DNA of 64,000 bases from Camelus dromedarius (lineage: Eukaryota), in contig NC_087437.1 of the NCBI RefSeq assembly GCF_036321535.1, forward strand, positions 97,652,001-97,716,000, written 5' to 3'. Below, piece after piece: positions 26,800 through 41,247 of this stretch. Below the pieces are notes generated by a model. The model had not been told where the DNA came from. It was given only the letters and a program-made list of their open reading frames with translations, and searched no databases. The number at the start of each line of letters is the position of its first letter. Positions within the stretch are counted from its first letter, which is position 1. The position numbers and the translations under genes were made by a program.

Positions 26800-28260
26800 A
26801 GGAGTAGATTCCAGAGTAGAAGTGAGTTGAATGAATGAATGAGCAAGTACGTAAACAATACATATAAGACAATTTAATACTGTAAGATATTCCACGGTGA
26901 AAATTCAGCAGGGACAGAGATAAGATAGAGGGGCAATTTTCACTAAGGCGACCAGGAAAATACTCTTTGAGATTTCATTTGAACAGAGGTGTAAGTGATA
27001 TGAATGAATGTGAATTTGAATATTTAGTAATAGCACCTATCACTGTGAACATCAAGTGCAAAGGCCTTGAGAAGGAAGCATGCTCGGCGTGTATATGATA
27101 AACGGGCTGGCAGGAAGCAGGTGGCACACAAAGCGTTAACTCAGGAATTGAATGAAAGAGCTATATGAGACTAATAAGACTTGGTGCCTACACCCAGGGA
27201 CTAGCAACCATGGGAAATATGTAACACTCCTAAATCAATGGTGCAAAAGGGAAACAGTGGCTGTGAAACCTTGCAGGAGTCTGGCTTGGAAGAAGAGTTC
27301 CGTCCAAGGGCTGTAGGAAACACAGCCACGCCAAGTGAGGTTAAAGAGGAAGAGTAGGGGATCAACTTCCCAGGCTCCCTCCTGTCCAGTCCTCCAGTCT
27401 CCTGCTCAGGCCTCCTATCAGCTGAACTTAAGAGAAAGGCAAAGGAGCCCAGGTGTTTAGACCACAAAGTACAGCCCACAGAGCAGAGAAGCGAGAACAG
27501 TGGAGCATACAGGGAACAGGGGGTGCAGTGGAGCACACCCAGCACAGGGAGTATGACAAAGAATCAGAGGCCAGTGTGGCTGCAGCTCAGGGAGCAAGGC
27601 GAGTCCTCTTGGGAAAGAGCCAAAGCAGAGCCTTACTGTTGTGATAGGAAATCACTGGAATGTTTCCTTTGAAAAGGTAACTTTGCCATGGTGTCCAGAC
27701 TGCAGAAAGACAAGACTCTGAAAGCAGACCAGTCAGGAGTCTATGACAGATTACAATGGAGCAAGGGAGGTGGTAAGAGGTGGGATGAACTTTAATTATT
27801 TTGACATCATGCAATCCTCAATAAGATCAGATACAGAATTCTGTCCTGTGTAACACCTTCAACTCAGCTTAAAATTCTTTTAATGAGTGTTCTGTCCCAG
27901 GCAATGGGATACAGTGAGGATCTTAAGAGCAAAATAAAATGCATTCCTTTCTTCAAAGGAGCTCACAGTGTAGCAGGAGACAGAATAAACTGCAATATAA
28001 TAAATTATACATGTTTCAATATTAAAATAAAGAGGTCGAGGGCATTCTATGGCTTCATTTGAAGGTGTGTTAATGACACTGGTGCTGCAGCTGGTTTGAA
28101 TACAGTTTAAGCAGATGAAGAGAGACAAGAAGTTGGGGATAACTGAGAAGAAAGGGTGTGTGCCAAGAATCAAGTGTGAGAAATCACAGGGGCCCGAGTA
28201 GGTGGAGGAGGCGCACTCAGGCTCCTGCGTAAAGGGGACAGCTGAGAAAGGTGAAGGGCT
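26800..28260 (-). mobile_element. L2 LINE fragments, interrupted by an LTR
   Basis: Purine-rich antisense L2 motifs 'aagtgcaaaggccttgag', 'gaggccagtgtggctgcagc', 'gaccagtcaggagtctatg', 'ttcaaaggagctcacagtgtagcaggagacag'. Confidence 0.7.
27090..27546 (-). mobile_element. ERVL solo LTR, LTR33-like, inserted in L2
   Basis: 'ggcaggaagcaggtggcacacaaa', 'ccagggactagcaacc', terminal 'cccagcaca'. Confidence 0.65.
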
Positions 28261-28269
28261 GAATCAGAG

Positions 28270-28440
28270 GTGCTCAGCTCTTTCTGACTATTTGGATCTC
28301 CTGGGCGTTTTAGAAATACTGGTGCACAGACCCTACCCCAAACCAATCAAACCAGAATCTCAGAAGAGTGGCCTGGGAATATGTGTTTGGGGAAAAAAAA
28401 AAAATTCAGGTGATTTGGATACAAACCCAAGGCTGCCAGC
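28270..28440. mobile_element. MER5-family hAT MITE
   Basis: 'ccctaccccaaaccaatcaaaccagaatctcag...ggcctgggaatatgtg...ttcaggtgatttggatac'. Confidence 0.75.
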
Positions 28441-28559
28441 TGCTATCTCCAAATCCTGAAAAGCCTTCATTTCAGAATAAGAGCCTTGGTTTTATAATAA
28501 AGATTTGAAAGCCATAGCATTGTTTGTTTGTTTTTTTGTTTTTCTTTTTAAGAAAAGTT

Positions 28560-29230
28560 GGTTGTAGAGGAATAAAGATGGAAGAGGTAATCAGATTAAA
28601 AGAACAATGAGGGACATACCAACAAACCAAGAACTGAGGACAGACAGGGTGAAAGAGGCAAAATCAAAAACATTTGGTGGCCTATTGAATGCAAAGGGGG
28701 CAGGGCACGAGGTGAATGGATGGGAGGTGACCTGGAAGCTGGAGTGTGTTGTTTTGATGACCAGGTGTACGATCTTGATAACCAGCTTGTGGAAAGGAGG
28801 AAGGGAAGCGGGTCGGGCTGGAGCACAGGGTGTGGGAGTGGGACAAGGGGCAGACGTGAGGAGTGTAGTAACAAGCATGTTGAGATTGAGAGGACCCTGG
28901 GACTTCCCACTGGAGAGACCCAGAAGGGAGTCACACTTGGGTATCTACCGGAGAAGAGATGCTGAAAACACAGATATAGATTCAAGAGTCTTAAAATTAC
29001 AAGTGTTTCTGAATCATGATTGTAAATAAAATTATGCAGAGGGATTTTAAGCAGAGTAGAGAATGAAGGGCCAACTCCCGGTGGCATAGGGCAAGGAGGC
29101 GGGGGGAGCAGGGTTCAAGGTATCAGAATTTACGAGTAGATGAGAGAAGAAAAGACTTTAGAGGGTTAAAGAAGCCAAGCCAAAGTGGAATCACAGAAGC
29201 TTAAAAGTGAGAGGATTTAAATGAGTGGCT
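28560..29230 (-). mobile_element. L2 LINE fragment
   Basis: 'catgttgagattgagaggaccctgggacttcccactggagagacccagaaggg', 'gaatcacagaagcttaaaagtgagagg'. Confidence 0.75.
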
Positions 29231-31917
29231 AACATTCATCTACTTACAAAACAGAGATTTGAGTTTGTAAACAAATGAAGCCAGGAATCAATTTGGAGAA
29301 CATTTCAAGGTCAGCATGAGGCATCTTGGGAGGGACAATGTTCCTATCAGTTGAAACTGTCTCCTGATTCACCAAGAATTCAGCTACAGGGTGCACAAAA
29401 TCAACTTCAAGCAAACGGAGGTCAATGATTTTCAGATTACTCATTTTTCCTTCCTTCCTATTCCCTCAATACATGCCACAACACCTGACACATGGTGAGT
29501 GATGACTACTTCTCTATGACTTCTATTTTTCAGTGGCAGAGTGAAATGGCCAAGAGAATAGATCCAAAATACTAGCCCCATGAGCAATTAATGTTAAGTT
29601 CATTCTTCTGTCCTGAGAAACGCCTTTGGAAATTTCAGCTAAGGAGTAATGTATTTCCTGTTCTCAGGGATCTGAAGTAATAGTAAGATTTACTTGCCTA
29701 GAGAGCAAAATGCCTGTGCATTTTTCATGTGGAAGAGGGAATACAGAGAATTTTCTAATTAGAATTTGAATAAGCAATATGGCTTATATTTTCATACAGA
29801 ACAAGCTTCTCTAAGGCTTCTTGGTAAGAATGTAACTCTGACTTCTTGAGCCCAGTAGAGTAAGTGAGGAGAATTCTTTCATACCAGTCACAAGAATGGT
29901 AGAAACTTTTAGAAGAAGCTCTTCTGAAATTCTACCATCTAGTATATTTTCAGAAAAATTTAGCACCTATTTAAAATGCCATGCCACTCCATTTAACAGC
30001 AATTAGAAATGTGTCAAATATTTCAGTTTTTTAGTCTTTTTACCCCCAGAAAGGTTTGTTTTCAATCTATTTTGGACCTCAAGATACTCTGATTTTTAAA
30101 GCATGTTTATAGATTTCTTTTTGGCCAATTAACCTTTTTTTTTTAGTGGTTTTTTTTTTTTTAACTTATTTGTCGAAGTATAGCTACTATTTGTACTTTT
30201 AAATTGGAAAAAAGATTGTGAATTTTTTTTACATGTAAAGACTCATTAATCCATATAAATTGTTCAGATTATCAATGTTAAAAAAGTAGGAAGTAAAGTG
30301 ATAAATTTATCTGCTAAATCTCTTTCCCAAAAAAAGAGCAAAAAATTCTATACTATTGTGAAATATATGAGCTGGAAAATGTTCCACGTGCCTTGAATAA
30401 AATGCTGCTTAAAATTCAAGACAAAATAATTTTTCCAGATTCGATTTTATGGCAGGATGCATTTTCACTCATTTATATATTCTCTGCAATTTCTGATTCC
30501 AGATATTTCACAATTGTAAAGAAGATCCAAAATAGAATAATAATTACATAATAAAAAGAAATTGAGGACAATAATTGAGCAGCTTACTCACAGTAACTAG
30601 ATTTGCAACAAAAATGCACTGAAAAATATTGCCTAGCTATTTAAATTTGGCCCTATGTGTGTGTCATACAGAAAAAAAAAATTACCTTTGGGGGAAACAG
30701 AGTGGTTAAATTCCTAAGATTTATTGTTTAACCTCAGGAAGACTTTCAGTAACTTTGAATAAAATGTATACATTTAATGGAAGGCATGCTATGCTTCTTA
30801 CAAGAATTTGTTCCAAGTCTTTGTGTATAATTAATGGCTTGCCTACATATTTTTTCAATAAAACTATCCATGCAGAATTTTAAGTAGGCATTTTCAATAC
30901 CAGAATGAATGTATCTTTGTGAAGAAACCATTTATCTACCATAACATCCAAAGCATAATAAGAAGACTTTGATACAATGCAGATTTAGAACTGACTTGGA
31001 AAACAAAGCCCCAAGATACTGTCCTGTCAGCACAAAGTAAATAAATTTGTCGCAGTAAGTTAAGATTTAAATTTGCAAACTTATTAGCAATGAAGTTAAA
31101 GTAATTTTTTTTTTTACAAGTTTCTTAACTCCAGATTATATGGTTAGAAATTTTACTTTTTTAATCAGGCAACTGATGCCTATAAAACTTGAAATGAGAG
31201 TTTTGCCTTTTAATTAGATACACTACAAGCAAAGAAATCATTGAAGCAGCAATTGAGAATTATCTTCTTCTTTTTTGGCTATTCTTTACATGGAAGATAT
31301 CTAGAATTTTTAGAACAATAGAGCAGAAGATTTTAGATATTCAAATAACTTATGATTTTGTACTTTGACAAAATTATCAAAATATGAAAAGAAAAATTTG
31401 CTTTTTCAACATACCAGCAAGCAAATTTGCTCTTTTATTCATACTATCTGATAGGAATTATAGAGAATCAAAGAGTCCCAAAGCAGATCACTGGTGACTG
31501 GGAGGACAAAGGTCATATTTAACAGTTGAAACAAAATTGACATTTTATATGGTGAGCTTCAGGAAGAAGAGGAATATACTGTTTGGAGACAAAGGCCCCT
31601 TTCTTTGGACAGTTCCTAAGTTTTCCTGAGGAAATGCTGTTGTTAATGCTGCAGTTATATACCTGGCTCTCAAAATAAGAAAATCAAAGCGTTGAGATTA
31701 AACAGAATACTTATCATTTGTATCATAATCTTTGAACCCTTTAAATTACAACTACACAGAGAAAAGGGGATTCTTATACAGAGATTCATGGATAGAACTG
31801 CCAAGTTTTGTCAAAATCTGTTTACATGCATTTTTTCTTATTTGTTTGAAGGTCACAGACTTCGTTATATGTTCAAAGATCTCCATGACCTAGTAAAACT
31901 TAGTAACCATTTTTACT

Positions 31918-32120
31918 TTTGTGCTGGAGCTGGCTTGTGCTGGCCTGTACCCACTTGTGTTAGCTGATTATTAGATTTTCAGAAATGTTGTGAACTGTTA
32001 AACTGCCAGTAGCTTAAAACTGGGCATAGAGATGTGCACACCATAGAAATAGACAAACTCTCAAATAGAGCTTTTCTCTTTTCCAATTCCTCCTCTCCTA
32101 GCCAGTTTGCCATATACCAG
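31918..32120. mobile_element. MER63-like hAT-Blackjack element
   Basis: 'gtgctggagctggcttgtgctggc...gattattagattttcagaaatgttgtgaact...agtagcttaaaactggg...acaccatagaaatagacaaac' resembles recalled MER63A. Confidence 0.7.
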
Positions 32121-34819
32121 ATTACTCATTTTAAGAAGAGAAAAAAATGTCTAATATAAATAAAGTTTATATATATATATATTGTTTTATGCTTTCCCAA
32201 GCCCACTTAAGCTTAATGGAGTTTCAATAATATCTGATTGAATACATTCACATCTAGATGCAGCTAATAACACATCTTTGTCAGTTATTTACCCTGAGTG
32301 GGAGAACAAAAACATAGCACCAGTGATTACATTGAATGATAAAAGAATATCAGACAACTCCACAGAAATTTAGGGAATTTTTTTAAGGAATTTATACACA
32401 AGATTTTAACCTATAAGCAAATATCTTACAAAAAGTTAAAAAAATTTTTTTTGAAATTATAAATAAACTATTCTACCCACCAAGCTGCTGAGACATTTTA
32501 CTTTCTGGTATTTTAAAATGAAAACAAAACACAAGAACGTGTCGATGAAGCAAGTGAAAAATCAGAAGGGTACAGACTTTTGCAAGTTTCATGAGCTAAA
32601 AATAAAATGAAAAGTTTGAAGTCTTAAAAAGAAATCTTAAGGGAACTAAAAGGCAGATATAACCACAGTAAGTTATGAAAAGCTAGGGGAAAAAAAAATG
32701 AAGTGACAATAAAGTGAAAATCCCTGATAAAGCCAAAAAATTTTGGACGACAGTCAAAAAAACTGGAAGGAAAAAAATAAACTTGATAACAAGGCAGAAT
32801 TATGGAAATGCATCCCCTGGAAAAGTATAATAGAGTCATGAATTAGTGGAGGTGGATGGGCAATGCTAGGTGAGTAAATGCTGTTAACATAATTAAAAGG
32901 ATGGGGGAACTCTGCAGCTGAAGATAAAAAGATTGAAGTATATTATGGTACAGTGAAGTGAATATCATTCTGAGTATATGCATCTATTTTTCAAGAGTTG
33001 AAAATACAAAGTAAAAACTTAGTGTATAAAGTTCAAATTTTCCATTTGCCAACTAACTTATTAACTATTTTATAATAATTAGATTAAAGAGCCACCAGAA
33101 CAGAGTAGACATTAGACTGTCCACTTTGCAATAGCTGTACATAAATCTACATACCTTTTCAGGGTATAAGTAAAGTCAGAGCCTTGCAATATTTTAAGAA
33201 ATAACAAGAAACAATTTTTTTTAAAGATTAGACTACATGTATTTCTTTCTTTCAGATGCTTACCCTGAAATTCAGTTCAGAAGCTGGGTTTTAACTAAAT
33301 TTGTCATTATAAAATGAAATAAAACCAGCCACCAGTGGCACTGTTGTCACAGAGCATTTTTGTATAAAATTATTCATATGTAGAGCCTTCTTAGTAGGCT
33401 TAAGTTGATGATTTCTGCATTTTAAGGATGTTTTTAGAGACTGATAAATTTCTCAAAAATAAAGTTTTTTCTAAAACTATGAGCATATGTATTATATAAA
33501 TTATTGGTGATCACATTGATAGATGTGAATGACAGTTTTCACACAATTATCCATTCTTGCATAAAATCAACATTTTCTCAAAAAGATAAAATTTTTTACA
33601 TTTATTATCTATGTCCTCAACCTTTCATTTCTGAGTTCTTCCATGTGTATAAAATTTCCCCTTAATTTCAGGCACCTAGGAAAGCTCTGGGTTCTCTCCA
33701 CCCTTCCCACTGTCACAGAGTGGAAGTGATCAGGGAGCAGTTACTAAAGTTGCATTTGACTAATGAAATGTGTTTTAAATTAAATGTCCTTAAGATAATG
33801 TGCCTGGTAAGCCTTTTATCTCCACTTTCTGAGTGATGGTATTTGTTCACTGACCTTAGAAATCTCCAACCCTAGTCAGCTCTCTGAATTTGGTCCAGAT
33901 GAGAAGGCTGAAGGTCTCTTCCAAGAGGCTCAAATAGTAAAAGTGTTTTCTCAGTCAGCAGATTCTTCTTCCAGATTTTTTCCAGCACTCATTTTCTAAC
34001 AGGACCTCCCCTTCAAAATGCACTGATTTTGAGTCCCAGCTCTAGAAACAGACTCCACGGGTTTGAATCTAAGCTATGTTATGAGAAAACAACCTTGACT
34101 CCATTCTCATTACCTTCATCTGTAAAATAAGGGTCCGTGGAGAATGTACAGATTGGGGCCAGGTGATCCATCTGTAATAACAGAAGGTAAACAATATGGG
34201 TTCAGATGTAGTAAAATAGATGCAAATGGTTTTAAGAGTCTATGAAAGTTCTCTTCTGCTTGATGCAGTGTTCTCAGGGAAGCAGGGACCAAAAAGAGAA
34301 GGATTTCTGGGGAAGCACTGATGGTGTAAGAGACAAGAGAAGATGCAAAACCATTCCCTAGGTGAATTAGAGAGTGAATGGATTGGGGCACACGTAGATA
34401 ATTGATTGACAGGTAGCTCTGAGGTTCTCAGTTATAAATTTAAATGAAAGAAGACAGCATGCTTATGATTTACTCCATGCATCCAGTTTCTTGGGAATAA
34501 ATGAAGATTAGATGGAAATTTGGATCTAACTAGGATTGATTATTTTCCAAGCTGTTTCAACAAAGTGAAAGAGAAACCAGGAATTTGAAGATATATGCAA
34601 GGGAACGATTGACTGACTGTGGAATTTAGGCAGGAAAAGAAGCGAGAGAGGACATCAAAGGAGTGAGGGTTAATGTTAATGCAGTAAGATACTAAACTGA
34701 AGGTCCCAGAGAGACTGAAAGATTGTCAAGTCAGTATTAAAGGAAATGATTAAAGGAGGAGCTCAGAGAATGGGATATATAAAATTCTGAGCATAGGAGT
34801 TACTGTTGTAAATGATGAC

Positions 34820-34995
34820 AATGTCTCAGGCAGTCTGGGAAGTGTGGCCTCTGGACCTGCAGCAGCAGGATGACATGGGAACTTGTTAGAATCGCATATT
34901 CTCAGGTGCCAGACTGACTCAGAAACTCCAAGGACAGGACCCAGAATCCCTTTTAAACACAATTTCAGGGACACACACACAGTAATTAGAACCAT
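34820..34995. mobile_element. MER5A-like MITE within L2 remnants
   Basis: 'aagtgtggcctctggacctgcagcagcaggatgacatgggaacttgttagaatcgcatattctcagg'. Confidence 0.8.
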
Positions 34996-35036
34996 GGGTC
35001 TAGGGAAGGACCTGGAGGGGAGAGTGAACAAGACAG

Positions 35037-35730
35037 TGTGATTATGATACCAGGATATAATAAGATATATTTGGGTTTTGTCCCTAGCACAGAGATCCTA
35101 AAACCTTAGAGTTTCCTGATACGGGTGAGGAAAGCAATTCAACTGTAGGTGAGTTTATTCTAAAAGTATACCTCTAATGAGGTAACTAGGGTGGCTCGGG
35201 GGCCCCTAGACAGCTTCAGGATGGGTGCTGGTCACCAGGAAAACCAAGGTATGATTAGAGGGTAAAAATTTTCACTGCTGCCCCCTGATCTCTGGAGAGG
35301 GAAGAGGGGCTAGAGATTAATTACCTTTGGCCAGTGATGTAATCAATCATGCCTATGCAATGAAAACTATAAAAGCTCCTAAACAATGGGGTTTGGAGAG
35401 CTTTTGGGTTGGTGAACACACCAAGGTGCTGGCAGGGTAATACACCCAGACTGGGCATTACCAAACTTGTGGAGGGAGCTGTGGGAACCCCTGATTTATA
35501 GCCAGGGTGTCAGAAGGACAGAGGCTTTAAACTTGCCATTGGTATCTGAAATGCTGGGCAGTCCTGTGGGACTCTCCTTAATTTGCAGTATCTGACACTG
35601 GCTGTAGGTAAATAGTTTCAAAATAGAATTGAATTGTAGGACACCCAGTTGATGCCTGGAACGTGTAGAATTGGCTGTTGTGAGGGAAAAACTCACATAT
35701 CTGGAATCAGAAGTGTTATGAGTAGAAACA
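35037..35730 (+). mobile_element. MER21-family solo LTR
   Basis: 'tgtgattatgatacc...', 'gggtgctggtcaccaggaaaaccaaggtatgattagaggg', 'gaattgaattgtaggacacccagttgatg'. Confidence 0.85.
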
Positions 35731-36811
35731 TTGTCACTGGAGTAGAGGAATTCAATGAACTGAGAGGTCAGGATATGCAAAGGGTCATCTATGACAATAC
35801 TGACATACACTAGAACTAAGACAGGAGTATGCAGGAGTTATACTGAGCCAGGGTCAAAAATTAATCTATGAGGGAGATATGAGTGGTTGTATCAATTAGG
35901 ATTCAGTGATTTTAAGATTTGGATTTTTAAAAATTTCTTAAAAGTTACTTCCATTTTGACTTTAAATTTTAAATTGAAAAATTGCTATTTTACCTAAGTC
36001 ATCCTCATTCCAGATCTCTCCAGAAATGGAATCTGGAAGAGAATAGCAGAGAGCTTTGACAGAAAAATCTGCCCTTTTAATTCCCAAATGGAAGTATGGC
36101 CAGCTACACTGAACACACAGTTAGAAGACCTTTCATAATTTTGTCAGTTGTAGTATTTTTTTTTTACACATTGAGCAAGCTAAATTGTTAACCAGACTGC
36201 CTGGGGAATAGAGTCCTCTGTTTAATATATTTCTTACCACTTAGACAAGATTTTTATTGTTGAAAATTTTAATCTTATTTTGATAATTCTCTTTTCAGAG
36301 CCTGATATAAATGATTCATGTAATTCTCATTAAAACAGCTGTGCATATAATTTGGGACTCATGAGGGAGATTTTTGGTCAAGTATTCATAGCAATCTTGT
36401 CACTAAACATATGTCCTAGCTACCCATGTCACTACTTTAAAATCTAGTCTTGAGGTCTTGCTATCTATTTTATCCTTAGAGATAATTCATTTTTCTGATT
36501 TAAAAACTTGGTTCTCTGCTTGCAGAAGAGTCTAGTCTTTCTCTTCTCTGTTCAGTATGGAGATAGGAGTCCAGGAAATCATGTGACTTTTAGAATCCTA
36601 GAAGCCTGAGTTCCACAAACCTGAGTTTCTTCCTCTTGTGAGCTATGAAGTCTATTCCTAGTTAGTAAACCTTTCAAAGCATGAAAACAATAACACTAAA
36701 TGGAAAGTGAGTGTGATAATTAAAAAAATAGTTTATCAATACAATTTTTGGAACATATGTCAGTCTTTATAAATGTTAGATCTTTTCCTTTATATTTCAA
36801 CATCTAATGAC

Positions 36812-37650
36812 TCTGCAGTCAGTCCCAGTGAGTATTTTCCACACCCCAACCATTTCTGACACCAGCTAGGCATCCTACAGTTCAGGTCAAATCTGGCATT
36901 ATCTACCCAGAGATAGCATCAGATCCCATAGGCTAAGGGCTCAGTCCCACAAAACCGACCCCTAACCTCAGATGCCAATCCAAAGTCCACACTGTCACCC
37001 ATGTTCCTGACCAATGGCTATAAATCAAATGTTCCCATGACCCCCTCCTTGGTTTTGATTAATGTGCCAGAAAAGCTCACATAACCAGGAAACCATTTTG
37101 CTCACTAGGTTATGGGTTTATTACAAAGAATATTATAGGATATTTATCAACAGCCAGATGAAGAGATGCAGAGGGTAAGGTACGGGGAAAAGCTCAGAGC
37201 TTCCGTTCTGAGTGCACTACTCCCCACGTCTCCATGCACTCACCAATCCAGCAGCTCTCAACCCTCCCTTTATCGGATTTTTATACGGCTTCACTGCATA
37301 GGCATTCTGATGGCCACGAGTGATTGGATCAACCTCTTAGAAATCAGGGGATGGGACTGAAAATTCCAATCCTCTGTTTCTGATTTGTTCCTTTGGCATC
37401 CACAACCATCTTTAAGGGATTTCCAAAGTTGCTTCATTAACATAAACTCAGGTATGGAGGAAAAGCTCTTGTTATGAATAAGAAGATACTATTTTCACCT
37501 TTATAGGTCTGAAGCAATATCAGGAGCTGAGGACAAGAGACCAAATATAAAAGATGCTCTTATTGTTCAGGAATTTCAAGGGTTTGGGGAACTCTGAGCC
37601 AGGAACTATGGACAAAGGCCAAAATATATATTATAAATCACAATACCACA
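36812..37650 (-). mobile_element. MER21-family solo LTR
   Basis: 'ctgacaccagctaggcatcctacagttca', 'gagatagcatcagatcccataggctaagggctcagtcccacaaa', terminal 'ttataaatcacaataccaca'. Confidence 0.88.
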
Positions 37651-40600
37651 ATAACTAAACAGAAGCTGGCTGGCAATTGCAAGACACAGTATGAAAATAA
37701 AAGAAAAGTTTGTTGATTGACCTTCAATCGTTGAGACCTTACCTTATAGGAAGTAAAATTAACAAACATTTTCTCCTCACATCCACACAAACTCTAAGGA
37801 GACAGAGAGGCAGCGTTCTCACCAGAATGGAGACAGTATTCTGTGTACTCATCAGGAGAAGATTATGAGAGAAGAATGATTTTATTATCAGGTGCTCTCC
37901 TTTTACTGGCAGTAACAACCAAAGAACTTAAGGGCATATGAAATAGAACTTAAATGGATTTAAGTGCTGGGAAATTTTAATAAGGGAGTTTTATTTCTTC
38001 TATGGTAAATCTGAGAACAAATAAAATTGCCTTGATAATTCATTCAGTATGTTCTTTCCAAGTGAAACTATTTATATTCTCAACTTTATGCTATGCTTTT
38101 GCATTAATAATTATAATGTATCTCATTTGTGAATACATGAAAACTAGCTATATAACAAGGGAAATGTAATTTAGAGACATCTTCAAAGAGGGCTGCATTA
38201 TTTAACAAAGGGTTATGAATTCCTGTCCCTACTATAGAAGTATATATAACCCTGAATATGACTGAAAGTAAGTCATCCCCTTAAGGAACTTGACCGTTTC
38301 TATTTGCATACAAACTGCAGTCGTGTTGTACTGATTGAAAAGAACTCACTTAAAAGTGAGAATAAAGATGTAGCTATTAACACCTTGTTTTGTGGACTGC
38401 ACCTGCAAAATTAAAGCTTTCTTCTAGGGACAAATTGAAGTTAGTTGTGTGTATGGAGTGTAAATTGTACATGTCTATATTTTACTCTAATTATTTAAAG
38501 AGAAATGTGTAATTTGCACTTCAAAATCCTACTACAAATTAGCTGTGTCCTAAGCAGTTATTTAAAAGCATGAAAATGATTATCATTAATTATCAAATAG
38601 GTCCTTGGCTCATTATAATGGGATGTTCCTATGATCCAAAGTTGAAAGATAAAGACAGATCTAGGATCTTCAATCCCTGGAAAATTGGCAGTTCTAATTA
38701 GGGCAATATTCACAGAATACTGTTTCTACTCGCTTATTTTCATTCCTAACGCACTTTATGTTAGCCACACAAGTGTTTCTGACTAGTAAGAATATCCATT
38801 ACAGTCATGTACAGTCACTCATAAATAAATTAAACATGTAGATTGAAAAAACTTTCAAGGGTCATAAAAATAAATGTTATATCAAGCATTTCTTGATCTA
38901 GTGATCTGAGTGTTATTTTTCCTGACAATAAAAAACATGCATAGCTTGGATAGCTAGGAAAAGAAATTCAAAAATATGATTATTTTATAAAAGCATAAAA
39001 GAGAATAAAACCTCTGCATTTAAAATTGTCTTTGAAAAAAAGGAATCAAAATAGACAACTGGGCAGCAGGATATGGGTACTATTTTAGATCACCCTACTA
39101 ACCTAGTACCAAAAGGATCTTCAGTACTAAAAAGTCTAATTAGCCACTTGCCCCAAAAGCCATCATTCTGCCAACAAGCTTTACTCACAAAGGCTAGCAG
39201 TAGAGACAGGGATTGATGTGGAATCCCATGTATATTTAAAACAGGTTTTCCAATTATCCCTTAAAACCAACTTGGAAGACACTATTTAGAGACTGAAAGA
39301 TTAGTTTTTCTTCTAGAGAAGCTTCCATTGGGACAGGCAGTTCTAAGGCCACCCTAAAGACTTATTTTACTATTTTGAGTTTTAAGGTAGTTCACTCTTA
39401 CATCTCTTAGAAATAATACACATTCTTCAGAGAGCAGAAATTATCCAACTATCCTTGAACTGTTCTAGATTTTATACTAATACAGTCAAAAGCCAAGACC
39501 TTTACCATTATGGATGAACACATACCAAATGAGCTCTTGTTCCGACCCCCAAATCTGGGATACCTCCTGGCGCCTGGAGAAATGGTCCATGGTTAGGGAT
39601 ATGTATTCAAGTTACCAAGTTACTGGCACTTTCTGGTAAACTACAGATAATGGCATGTGCCTTCTCACTACCTAAAATCACTTTATAAAACACTGTTACA
39701 TGAAAAATCACCAAGGTTGGGTGATTATTTTAATGACAAACTATTATACTGAAAAAGAAATGTATTCATTATGAACACCTGAAAAAAATACACAACCTCT
39801 CACTATATGACTCTGGTTTTAAACACAATTCTTTAATAATTATTTCTCTTTTATTTTCAAAAAGCTATAGAAGGGCTCTGAAAAATCAACTAGATAATTT
39901 GATAAATAGAGAAATAAATTTAAGCATGCTGAGTTAAGTTAGTGATGCAAATAGTAGATGGTAACTCACAAGTTTTTAAAGTCATGTAAACTGAAAGGAA
40001 AGGGAACACTTTCCTGGAAACGTTAAAATGCTTGAAAACTACCTGGACTGTTTTAAAACCTAAACAGTATAGCTGTAATTTTAAAAGATAGCTTTATATA
40101 ACATATGTAATTTATACTTACACTTAATTTAAGTAAGGGATGTATTACTTGTTATTGGAGGATAATAAATTCCCACCAGAACTGATTTGCATGAATGCCT
40201 GTTAAAATATCACTGATATAGAAATTAATTTTTCAGCCCCAGATGCGTGAAAGACAAGAGAAAACTTTCAAAGGAATTTGGCTACTAACTTCCTTCTCCC
40301 AAAGGTCTTTGAGTCAAGACAGCTTCAGTCATTACTTATCCTCAAGCCTCATGTTCCAAACTACATTCTGTTGCTGCTTTAAGTTAAGACAAATTAAGAA
40401 CAAAGATTTAGGTAGGTGTTATGGTGAGGGAGGTCCATCCAAAAGCGGGTTGGCAGTGGCAGGGGTAGGGAGTGAGCCGAATAACAGGAAGGTTACAGGA
40501 ACAAGGAAGCAGGTCAGCAGCAGAGTCCCAGTTATAAATTAGAGCCCAGCTATTTAACACAGGACCCCTATTTTCCCTCAGTGAGCAGCTACGGTTTTAA

Positions 40601-41247
40601 TGTCCTGGGAGGCAGACAGAGTGCCCTTCATTTTTTTTTTTTTTTTTTTAGGACTTTGAACTTAGATACTATTTGTTGAATAAATGAATAATTAATAAAG
40701 ACTAAAACCTGTCCACAGGTCATGTGTAGTACTGAGGACAGACTTCAGCTATTAAGGTATCTATTAAAAGCCATACTGTCTAAAAAGCCTCTAATTAATT
40801 ATTGATATATATTGCTGAAAATTTCACCCTCACAAGTTCGAGAAAGCAGTGAGGTTCTCAGGTCCCTTGGTTCCTCTTCCTCTGCCTTCCACAGCCCTCG
40901 CCCCTGGTCCACAAAGGCACACTTTTGTGGCTCGCGCTTCATTTGCACTCCTGCTAGAACCTCTTTCCATTCTCCACTGGAACACCTTCTCTTCTACCCA
41001 ACATTCACTCCCAGTGGGGGCCAGCAGCAAGAAAAAGCACCTTCTAGATAACAAAGGGGAAAAAAGGCAACTCTTGGGCCAGAATAACTATCTCTTTTGC
41101 TCAAAAATATATTTCCACTGGATCTCAATACTGTTTTCCGTAAAGCCCATGCCCCAAGTTGGCCCAGAGTTTGAGGAATACAGTGAGAAACTGTTTACCA
41201 AAACTTCCCTAACTACCAAAATGAAAAAAATTAAATGCTCAACTCAC

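Noticed and set aside
28591..29087. Cluster of overlapping 81-163-aa ORFs on both strands
   Set aside because: Lies within a decayed L2 element; no recognisable domain
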